Assembly (NCBI RefSeq): GCF_963921235.1
Contig: NC_086097.1
Span: forward strand, 184,080,001-184,144,000
Direction: 5' to 3'
DNA: 64,000 nucleotides
From: Mobula hypostoma
Lineage: Eukaryota
Shown: piece after piece, positions 38,054 to 48,646 of the stretch
Layout: each line of letters starts with the position of its first letter
How positions within the stretch are numbered: the first letter of the stretch is position 1
The notes under the pieces: model-generated
Databases searched by the model: none
Seen by the model: the letters and a program-made list of their open reading frames with translations, nothing else
What the model was told of the DNA's origin: nothing
Made by a program: the position numbers and the translations under genes

Positions 38054-38751
38054 GCACCTCTTCCTAGAGATGCTGCCTGGCCTGCTGCGTTCACCAGCAA
38101 CTTTGATGTGTGTTGCTTTAACAAAATCTATTACCAACCAAAGCTAAAATACTAAAGAGTAGAAAGATATAAGGCAAAGAAAAGAGCAATCAAAATATAA
38201 CAAGACTATAGAAGCAATTCAATAAGTGAAATTTGATATATTATATCCACGTTTGCCTTGACCTTATGCCTTTAACATTAATTACTAGTACAGACAGAAT
38301 AATATTGTGAAATTGCATTCCCAGAATAAAATATAAATATAGAACTTTAGTTATAAATTATACATACTAATTTAACATAGATTAACATTAATCAAGACCC
38401 AAATATTTTACTTCTCATGGATCTATAATTTTAGAAGTATTGCTGATATAAAAAGAATCTTTTTACAAAAGGATGATTTTTCTTAAAACCAAAATTTATT
38501 GTGCTCTCTAACAATAGGCAACAGGGTGTTTCAGTGAATGCCAAAAAGGTACAGTAAAGACCATAACACAAAATAGGGATAGTGATCTGCACAAATGGAG
38601 AGTTACTCAGCACAGATTAAAATAATGAACTCTTAATATTAATTCTAAATGTTTCTAGAATGAAAAAATAATCAAATTAAATTGATCCTTGGGGTCAGAT
38701 TTCTCCCATCAATTCAATCCTTTAGATGAGACATTGTTTTAGATGTAAGGT

Positions 38752-39256
38752 TGTCAGGAACTCCAAAGCAGGGACCAAGTACTGTGCACATTGTGATATT
38801 TACTAAGTAGCAAATCCCGGGGGTTGGGGGTGGGGGCAAAAAAGTCAGCATCAAAGTTCAAACAGAGATCAAAACATCCAGAGAAATCCAAAAACCAGAA
38901 TCTGGAAATAGGCAGATGGATAGAGTACAGATATGAATGCTAGAAAGGCTCGGGAAGATTCATTAGCACAATCTGGCAACAAACAGGTGAAAACGCAAGA
39001 CTGAAATACACTGAGCAATAAACAGAGAGGCAGATGATAGGTGGAGCACAATGAGGCACAAGTGGCAGCAAAACAGGTAATAATGAGAAACCAGTGAGAG
39101 ACGGAGTACTCAGTAATACAGGGGCCAGAGTAGAGCAGGAGTGGGGACAGGAGCACACGGGGCATGAAAACAAACAAGAGCACATGGCAATACAAAACCA
39201 CAGACTGACAGCTAGGAGGAAACGCACAAAAAGACAGTTCAACTGAGGTACTGACA
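38752..39256 (-). mobile_element. Solo LTR (505 bp)
   Basis: TGTCAG...CTGACA termini; perfect 5-bp TSD AAGGT at 38747-38751 and 39257-39261; strand inferred from composition. Confidence 0.88.
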
Positions 39257-39539
39257 AAGGTAGAAATATGAAGTGGTGATGTATCTCACAGCAACTGATT
39301 CAGTACCTGGTTAGGATGAAATAAATTATTATTAACTAATTATTAAGTTATTAAAGTCTTTAGATAATTTATTGCTTAGAAAGATGAATAGAGTTAGACA
39401 TTGCATGTATACAGGATTAGAAATATATACTGAGTAATTCTGTGTGAGAATGTGAATGTTTAAGATAATAGCAATTGGACAATATTGGCAGGCAACCAAC
39501 AGACAACATTATGTGGCACATGTATTTTGCTATATTATA

Positions 39540-40220
39540 CACCCTCCCCTTTGCTTTTATGCTGTCTTTGATTTTCATTGTCAGTCATGGTTGCTTCATT
39601 TTCTCTTCAGAATGCTTCTTCTTTAGGATGAACCGATCCTATGTCTTAAAAATTACTCCTAGAAACTTCAGCCATTGCTGCTCTACCACTATCAGCATTG
39701 GATAACTCTTCTCTCATACCGCTGTAGTTACCTTTACTCAAATGTAATGCCAATACATATGATTTTAGCTTCTCCCTTTCAAACTGTGAGCTAAGTTCTA
39801 TTATGTTATGGTCACTGTCACCTAAGGGTTCCTTTACCTTTAGCTCCTTAATCAAATCTAGTTCATTACACAATACTGAATCCAGTATTGCCTTTTCCCT
39901 AGTAGGTGCAACCACAGGCTGATCTAGAAAGCCTTCTCATAGGCATTCTACAAATTCCTTCTCCTGGGATTTGGCACCAAAATGATTTTCCCAATCTACC
40001 TAAATATTGAAATCCCCCATGATCATTGTAAAACAGCTTATTGAATATCTTCTGGAGGTCCAAATACATGGCATTTGCCCACTCCCTTTTATCTGCACTA
40101 TTTGTTATATAGTCAAAGAACAATCATAAATCTGTCAAACACGAACTCCCTTTCATAAACTTGTATTGACTCTGCTTGTTAATTTAATATTTTTTATATG
40201 TTGATATCATCTTCTTGACA
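39540..40220 (-). mobile_element. CR1 APE/RT fragments
   Basis: PTREKAILDSVLCNE..KEPLGDSDHN; MYLDLQKIF. Confidence 0.75.
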
Positions 40221-40221
40221 A

Positions 40222-40751
40222 TAGACTCAGTGATACACTGAGATATTGTTAATGCAATATCTAATTAGCAATCATGCAGCAGCAACTCAATGCATAATAA
40301 CTTGCAGACATGGTTAAGAAGTTCAGTTGTTGTTCAGACCAAACATTACAATGGGGATGGAGTGATCTAAGTGACTTTGGCTGTGAAATGATTGTTGGTG
40401 GCAGATGGGGCTGGTTGTGTATCTCAGAAATTACTGATCCCCTGGGAATTTCATACATAAGCCTTTAGTGTTTACAGAGACTGCTGCGAATAACAAAAAT
40501 CATCCAGTGAGCGGCAGTCCTGTGGGTGAGAAAGCCTGTTTATGAGAGAGGTCAGAGGAGGATGTCCAGACTAGTTCAAGCTGACAGGAAGGTGACAGTT
40601 ACTCTTGTGTTACAATGGTGGTGTGTAGAAGAGCAACTCTGAATGCACAACATATCACTTGTTGATGTGGATGGGCTACAGCAGCAGAAGATCACAAACA
40701 TACACTCAATCCCGCTTTATTAGATACAGGAGGTATTGGTCAACGAGTGTA
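40222..40751 (+). mobile_element. Non-autonomous Tc1-like element
   Basis: Transposase N-terminal remnants DLSDFGCEMIVG..SSERQSCG..RGQRRMSRLVQADRKVT..WMGYSSRR; ends ..gagtgTA. Confidence 0.75.
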
Positions 40752-41376
40752 GATTCCAGTATTTTCTGAATGACCAACACTAGGTCTATAGTTTCCTGCT
40801 TTCTGTCTCACTATTTTCTAGAATTAGGCAACACACAATTTCTCTTGCAGTGTGTATCGGAACTGGCCATTTCTGCCTGCCATTGCATTAGCACAGGTTT
40901 TCATTTTGTCTCGTCAGCTGGATAGCACATCACGCAGGCAGGAAAAGAGGATGTGCCTTCAACTGCCATTCTCACTCATTTACAGATATTCCCATCACTC
41001 CCTCATATTCTCTGCCGTTGTAAACTAACATATTTTTTCCTCTTCCTCAGTTCTAATGTATGATCTCAGACCTAACATGTTGACTGAGGTGTGTCCTGTT
41101 CCAAGGTGTACAGTGACCTGTTATCTGTTTGCTTAGAGATAACTGGATCAATGATGCTGTATTTAAAAATGGTATGAAGATACAAGGATATTGCCAGGAC
41201 TGAGTGAAATTCTCATGAGAGGAGATTGTTTGCTAGAGTTGAGAGTAATAACCAAAATTCTAATCAACATTCTTGTTCAACAATAACTCATGGGCTGTAA
41301 AATATCTTAAGATGCCTTATGGATTTCTGCAAATTGATATTTAGAGGTTGTGAAAAATACAAGATAAAAAACAGAC

Positions 41377-41528
41377 CTTTTTTTAATTTTCCTCATTCTC
41401 CGTACGAGACAATTCGATGGGTGCATCACATCAGTAAAAGTTTGTGAAAGCTCAGTCCATTTTAGAGCCATGTCAAATGGGTACCTCACTATACCATACG
41501 AAACAATATGTTGGTCTTCATTGTAACT
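41377..41528 (-). CDS. Putative coding exon of host gene B (SYNEDQHIVSYGIVRYPFDMALKWTELSQTFTDVMHPSNCLVRRMRKIKK)
   Basis: Acceptor cttctataatttcAG; donor AAG|GTCTGT; 152 bp, phase 0/2, no stop. Confidence 0.65.
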
Positions 41529-44500
41529 CTGAAATTATAGAAGGTCCTGTTACAGTTGTACTCGGAATTATTGTGTACAGGTTTGGTTTGCTTATAGCTA
41601 CAGGTTTTGCTAGCTATAGTGGGAGTACAGTTAAGGTTTTCCTGTTTGATTTCTGTAATGGTAGATTTGTCATATCAGAGATGTGATGGACTAAAGTTTA
41701 TATGAATAAATAGTGATCTTATTGAAATTTATAAAATTCTTCTTGGACTTCACAAAAGGGATGATGATTTCATGGTAGAGGTTTCTGGAACCTGGCCTCT
41801 CAAGTCTCAGAAAGAGGAGTGGCAGCAAACGATGAGACTGAGAACAAAAATGTGAAAAAATTTCTTCGCCCGTAGGTGGTAAATTTTGGAATTCATGACC
41901 TAAGTGAGATGTAAGGTTTTGTCTGCTGAGTGTATTCAGTCTAAAGGCTGACAGATTCTAGGATTTTAGGGGAAACAATACTGATGGATTTAGTACAGGA
42001 CTGAGGTAAAAGATTACCCATCATCTCATTGAATGGCAGAGCAGATGCAAGGAGATGAACAGTCTGTTCCTGCTTCTATTTCTTCACACATAATGAAGCA
42101 GGATAGAATTTTGACCTTCCAGTGAGGGCATGGTGAGTGAAAGATCTGATTCAGATTTCTTGGTTTTAATTAGCTACAGAAAGAAAAAAAAAGCACATAA
42201 CAATTTTTTTTGTCTACTCCAGCTGAAAAAGTTTAAACAGCATCTGTTTTGAATTTTCAATCCAGCTTACAGCCTGGAATTCTTTTGTGCACATCTGCAT
42301 TATTGGGCTTACTTATTCTAACACACGTTTTCCCATAAAACTAAAATGGCATTTCACACAGAAAGGATTTTCACCTAATTATGCAAACATTAGACATCAA
42401 CAAATATGTAAAGTTGTATGATTATCTGTGGAGTCAGGTTTAACTTTCTCAGTGATGGCTTTCTTGCAGGATAATAAATAAAACAGACTAGGAAAAGGAA
42501 ACTCAGCATTAAATAGAGTTTTGTTTTTTATGTTCAGGAATTTGATTCATTGCTACAGCTGTCCTTGGAGTTGAACTGATGCATCCAGTGTACAAAAAGA
42601 AAACAAAACTTAAATTTGAAGATGTACTTCACTTCCAATATAAATTAATTCTACTTGGCAAAAGTGCCTTAAGATTTATTTTCCGATTAATATGAATAGA
42701 GTAAGCAACTAGAAGGCAGAAATTAGCCCAGGGTTGGAATTGATGTAATATGTGCCTAACCTTAAATACCCCAACAAACTTAAGTATGTTCATCCTCAAA
42801 TAAGTCCCAGGAGTGGCATGGGTTGTGGGGTTTCTGTGTCAGAGTGTGGAGCTTAGCGAAAGATACCCAAGGAGCTTAAAGAACACCACACTCCTCCTGT
42901 TTCCAGTGAAAGATATTTTGAAAGAAATTAGACTTTCTATCTCAGCATCCTTTCTGTCTTAGGTACATTTTGCCTAAAACGTGCCAAATCAGCACAAAAG
43001 GCTAAAACCAAATTATGTCTCATGCAAATTAACTTTCTGTAAGTGCTGGCAGATCATATTAAACAGTGGTCCCTTCCACAGGGCTGACAATAACCCTAAA
43101 CAAGCTCATCTTCTGTGTGAGTTTGCATTGTGGGATATTGTGATTCTGTATATCCTTTTGAGGAAGGATCTTAAATTGCTGGGTGTAAGGTAATATTCGA
43201 CACTTCTTAAAAGTTTTCATATATATTTATCTGATTACAGTACACCATCTCAGTTGCTTAAAATTGAGTAAATCTTAAGCAGAGAACTAAACAAAGCATA
43301 TCAATTTTTTAAAATATTATACAATTGAAAAACAGGTCATATATTGAGGTGGGGGCTGTTAATGAAGATAGTTGAAGGGGTGGATGGATTGTGGCATTAA
43401 TCTAGATGTTGGGTGCTTGGAGTAATTGGGGAATTGAGATATTTGGAGAGTTGGAGCTAAGAACAGTGACACAGAAAAGTAAATGATGGAGATGAAGTGG
43501 GTGCCTTAAGGTGAATAATGGAACCCCAAGCTTGAAGTAACTTAATTAAAAGCTGGTTACTCAATGAATGTCAAAGGATGGGCATTCCTTGGAAAAATAC
43601 ATTACTTACCACAGTCAGTCTGTGAAAGTAAAGAGAATGTAACCACTGATGCAGAAATTGGTTAAACTGTGCAAGAGTAATTCAAACAGTTGAATTAACA
43701 ATTGAACACAAGTGCTGACATAAGCATACTTCAAGTTTCTAGGCCTGAATTTAGTTGAATGTTTCTGACATTTAAAAGTGCATAAAATTGGTAACTTAAT
43801 TCAGCAGCAGTGATTCAGAATATATACTTGGTCCTTTGCCGAATACAAGTGGAGGAGAAAGTTATTTGGCAAATTTCCTGCAAAAGTGGAGGGGAATTGC
43901 TGAGCGGTTGGCCTCCATGTAAAGCCCAATTTTGGTGCACAGACAGGAAAATGCTGGCAAAAGCTGTCATTACGCACGAGACTTCTGTGAGGGCTGGTAG
44001 ATGTGGAAATCCAAAACAAGCAGTTACATACAGAAATCTAGCATCCACAAAATCACAAGCGGGTGTCTAAGTTAACCAACTTTACAATGGATAAATATTT
44101 AGGTCTCTTCAGCCAGGTTGAATAAAGAATCTGAAAAAATAATTCTCAAAAGCATTTGTGAAACCATTTATTCTGCCTTGGCGTTTTGACAGCAATGGCC
44201 TTGTGAACAAAGAACAGAGATCTATGCGGTGGGTAAGAATAAAGAGAACTTCCAGAGTTCTCAGTTGCAGATTGGTATATTATTCCGGAGCCCCTTAGGT
44301 GAACAGAAACGACTGGACATCATCATCCTATCAGCTCAGTGTGACACAGAGAGCCACTTGTCTCTGATGAAGTAAATAGTAAAGAATGAATCTGTGAAGA
44401 AGCTTTCATCAGACACTCAGCACACAGTCCACTGGAATAGGCCAATACATTATTTGATGATGCAGTCAAATAGCAGCCTGTTATTCATTGCTTCCATTCC

Positions 44501-45547
44501 AGATGCTGTTTCTATTTCAGAAAAAAAGCCTTGATAAAGAACAGAACATCGTCCCCAGTTAGGATGCATCTGGAACAGATATTCCAGACAAATGATAAGG
44601 ATCATAGAGTAAGTCCCTGTGTTTGTAAAAATTACACAGTGCACTTCAAACCGTATAACCTACAAAATAGTATTACACTGAAAAAAATGAATAACATGAC
44701 ATCAATAAAGCAAAATTACTAGAGTATATTAGCATTAAAGGATAGGCAAACATCTATTTCAGCTAAAGATGGATTGAATCAAAGATTTACTTTTGTAAAA
44801 ACTACTAGAAATTATTATTTAACTGTTTATAAAAGAAAATACAGTAGGACTTCTGGAGATTTCAAGAAATCTCTTATCTCCCTAACGAGTGATTAAATTT
44901 CTATTTGTGCCAAACCACTCCAGACAATTGATAACAGAGATGTGGTTATTCAGAAAGTAACACCGCTGGAAATTTTTCAGATTAGCCTCCGTGCTGTTCA
45001 AAATGGCAGTCATAATACGTTGTCATTAAGATGTAGAGTCACACAGCATTAATATGCAGACATACCAATTTTCAGATCCTTAGTGCCTTCAAATTTTTCA
45101 GTAAATATTTGACACAAGCAATATTAAGTGTTTAATTCTTTGGCTATGTTGCAGAATTTTAGCTGAGATCTCATAGTGGGTGGTTTGAAGATGCCTGAAC
45201 CAGCTAGGAATTCCCTTTTTCATTGTTATCTTGTAACATTTGCTTAATGTTCTAGATGTGGAACAGATAGAATGCAGCTAGCTGTTACACCCCTGTGATC
45301 AAATAACTTCTTGACCCTCATTTCCTAGGATCTAACAGCACATTTATTAATTGCATGAGTTCACAATGGATCTGAATCCACATGAGCCATACCCCACAAA
45401 TAAATCAACTTGGGGAGAGATGACAACAAGCAAGTAAAATAATCTTCCTAATGCTCACTGAAAGGATCTTGATGCATGGTCACAGCACTTTATTTTGCTA
45501 AATCTGGCAATTCAGTCATTCCTGTGAATGAACTCTTCTTAATCCTG

Positions 45548-46021
45548 AACAAGAGAAAATCTGCAGGTGCTGGAAATCCAAGCAACACACACAAAATGCT
45601 GGAAGACCCCAGCAGGCCAGGCAGCATCTATGGAAAAGAGTCAACAGTCCATGTTTCTGGTCAAGACCCTTCATCAGGACTGGAAAAAAAGATGAGGAGT
45701 CAGTGCAAGGAAGTGAAGGGAGGAGAAGGAGAAGTATGAGGTGATAGATGAAACCAGGAGGGGGGAGGGGTGAAGTAAAGTGCTGGGGAGTTGACTGGTG
45801 AAATAGATACGGGGCTGGAGAGGGGGGAATCTGATAGGAGAGGACAGAAGGCAGAAGAAAGGGGGGAGCACAAGAGGGAGGTGGTAGGCAGGTAAGAGAA
45901 ACTTCTGGTATTGCACCCCCCCCCAACTTCACCATTTCCCTCTCTCACTCTATCTCCTTACCTGCCTCTTCTGTAGATACTGCCTGGCCTGCTGAGTTCC
46001 TCCAGCATTTTGTGTGTGTTG
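45548..46021. mobile_element. Penelope-type pLTR cassette with partial inversion; hammerhead motif at 45646-45681 (-)
   Basis: Same pLTR family as 37862; degenerate TSD ctcttcttaatcctg / ctcttctttacccttg; agtc-CTGATGA-..-GAAAC-ATG-gact. Confidence 0.8.
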
Positions 46022-46317
46022 CTCTTCTTTACCCTTGCTAGACTTGGGCTCAGTAAAAGAAATGAGGGGATGGGTTTGGTGGGATAGCTAATCTTGTAGT
46101 TGGCTGATAAAACCCAAGTCCTAAATTGTTGGTTTTCCAGTCTGCTCGTCATACCAGTGAAAGAGCTTCATGCTATTTGTGCTGGCAAGACACATCCCAC
46201 AAACCAAAAGAGTAATAATTCAAGTCCCAGAGAGAGTCAGTCCTACCTTTCCCCAATCATTTAGGTACGAGTGTGATGCAACACTTGTGCCAATTATTAG
46301 TTGACTTACAAGTAATT

Positions 46318-46555
46318 TTGAGTAACTCAGCAGGCCAGGCAGCATCTAAGGAAACGAGTACAGTTACCGTTTTGGGCTGAGACCTTTGATGAAGATTGGA
46401 AAAAAAGATGAGGAGTCAGAGTAAGAAAGTGAGGGGAGGGGAGGAAAAACCGTAAGATGATAAGTGAAAGCGGGGTGGGGGCGCAGATGGAGGGGTGAAG
46501 TAAAGAGCTGGGAAGTTGGTTAAGTGAAAGTTACAGGGCTGGAGGAGGGGGAGTT
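46318..46555 (-). mobile_element. Penelope-type pLTR relic
   Basis: Similar to 45600-45830; hammerhead core decayed. Confidence 0.7.
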
Positions 46556-47298
46556 ATTGTGCCAGGCAGTTTAATGCACTTAAATTAGCACAATTAAAGC
46601 AATAGTTACAGAAATATCCTACATTAATAAATGCATCTGTGATGAGGTTGTTTGAGTTCCCTCACACTGCCAGTATTGCTTCAAACAAGTTGGTTTGATT
46701 TTATGACTACTCACTATTTCCAAAACAATAAGAGAAGATTCATTATGTACAAGCAACAATGCAATCAGAAAAGAAATTTTCTTTGACAGACACATACTAC
46801 TAGAAAATGTGCAAGCATATTTCTTGTACTATTTTGATAGAACATTGAAAAGTTCTTGCCCACATTCATGATGATGTTGCAAAGACATTCATTCTTTATC
46901 AGCTGGACTGTTTCAGATGATATTGTCGATACTGAGGAGGGTAGTTTTCTGCCTTGGGGTGTTATTGATGAATTGGTAAGATGGGCAGAACAGTTGCAGA
47001 TGGAATTTAATTCTGATAAACATGAGGTCATGAATTTTGGAGAAGTAATAAGGCCAGGACATGCACAATGATTGTTGGGATCCCAGGGCTTACTGAGGTA
47101 CAGAGGGACGATGTAGAAGTAGACGGCCTCTGAGGGTAGCGGATAAGAAATGTTCGACATCTGCCTTCATTAATCAGCGCAATGAATGTGTGAGCAGGAA
47201 GGACACGGTACAGCTTGATATAAGTAGTTCAGCCACAACTGGAGGACCATATTTAGTTTTAATTGCCGCTCTGTAGGAATGTCATATTTGCTCTGGAG

Positions 47299-48260
47299 CA
47301 GTGGACCCCAACCACCAGGCCGCGGACCGGTGCCGGACTGCAAAGCATGTGCTACTGGGCCTTGAGGAAACGATACGATTTGGCAATATGAGTCAACTGC
47401 ACCTTTCCTCATTCCCTGTCACACCCACTGTTGAGCTTGAACGCACGCGAGGTCATTACCCGCGCGTCATCCATGTCAGCACGGGAAGAAGATCAACTCC
47501 GAGCTTGCAAATGACGGCGGGCTGAAAAGTATGTTTGACATAACATCTCTGCTGGCATTCTGGATCAAAGTCAAGGCTCATTATCCTGAGAACGTTGCTT
47601 CCATTTCCAACATCATATTGCTGTCAAGCGAAGTTTTCTGCAATGAATGCAACAAAAACTAAATTGTGGAATAGACCAGACATATGGAACCCCCTTCGAG
47701 TATCACTGTCTCCCATCACCCTTCGATGACACCGTCTCGTTGAAGGAAAACAAGCCCAGGACTCCCACTGATTCAGTGATATTGGTGTGTTGCAATGATT
47801 TTATACATTCATATGGGGAAAATATGTGCTGTGTGTTTAATATTGAAATGTTATTTAAAATGTTATGATGCCATTGACTAATAAGTGACTTATAATTGAC
47901 ATATCACAATATTCATGTGCTGTTAGATAAAACCTAAAATAACACTAACATATAGTAAAAGCAGGAATGATATAATAAATACACAGCCTATATAAAGTAG
48001 AAATAATGTATGTACAGTAGTTTCACTGAACAGAATTGCCAAAAACGATTTGTAGAAAAAAATCAGCATGTACACGCGTGCGCACACAGGTGCCTGTGTA
48101 AGGCTTCGTGGTCATGGTAGTCTTTCTCGGGGTAAGCACAACGTATTTGACTGCTACTCTTGTCCGTTGGCAACCCTACCCTCCCCCCTGACTGGTCGGT
48201 CCGCAAGAGTATTGTCAATAATAAACTGGTCCGCGGTGCAAAAAAGGTTGGGGACCCCTG
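47299..48260 (+). mobile_element. hAT-Charlie (Charlie3/MER1-like) non-autonomous transposon nested in an old CR1
   Basis: Perfect 8-bp TSD CTCTGGAG at 47291-47298 and 48261-48268; TIR CAGGGGTCCCCAACC-type; remnant LANDGGLKSMFD..FWIKVK..LLPFPTSY..KQAQDSH*. Confidence 0.93.
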
Positions 48261-48339
48261 CTCTGGAGAGGGTGCAGTAGAAATTCTCCAGAATGTTGCC
48301 TGGGGTGGAACACATACATTTCGAAGAAAGAGTGGAGTA

Positions 48340-48543
48340 ACACTCACAAAATACTGAAAGTAAGAAGTAGAAAATCATCTAGGAAAAGAGTACAGTCAAT
48401 GCTTCGGGCCAAAACCCTTCGGCAGGACTAGGCCCAAAATGTCAATTACTCTTTTCCTAGATGCTGCCTGGCCTGCTGTCTTCCTTCAGTATTTTTTGTG
48501 TGTTGCTTAGATCTCCAGCATCTGCAGATTTTCTCCTGTATGT
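48340..48543. mobile_element. Penelope-type inverted pLTR cassette, degenerate
   Basis: Inverted arms around 48430; decayed hammerhead at 48394-48429 (-). Confidence 0.7.
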
Positions 48544-48646
48544 TTTTCTTGGCGTAGAGGAGATGAAAGTTGACTCAATGAGATATGCAAAATTATGATG
48601 AATATCAATAAACTAGCATGAAACTTTCCTCACAACAAAGATGTAT

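Larger units (their letters stand above)
37862..38119. mobile_element. Penelope-type inverted pLTR cassette
   Basis: 13-bp TSD AACAAAATCTATT at 37849-37861 and 38120-38132; ~93-bp inverted arms 37903-37995 and 38018-38110. Confidence 0.9.

Noticed and set aside
37861..38155. Mirror-image ORFs on both strands (LVNAAGQ..)
   Set aside because: Artefact of the inverted pLTR arms.
38869..39257. Hydrophobic Cys-rich ORFs on -
   Set aside because: Lie within the TSD-bounded solo LTR; low-complexity composition.
44193..44232. Plus-strand 40-bp exon-like segment (ttttgacAG ... GG|GTAAGA)
   Set aside because: Isolated, no partner exons found, antisense to gene B; such motifs occur by chance.
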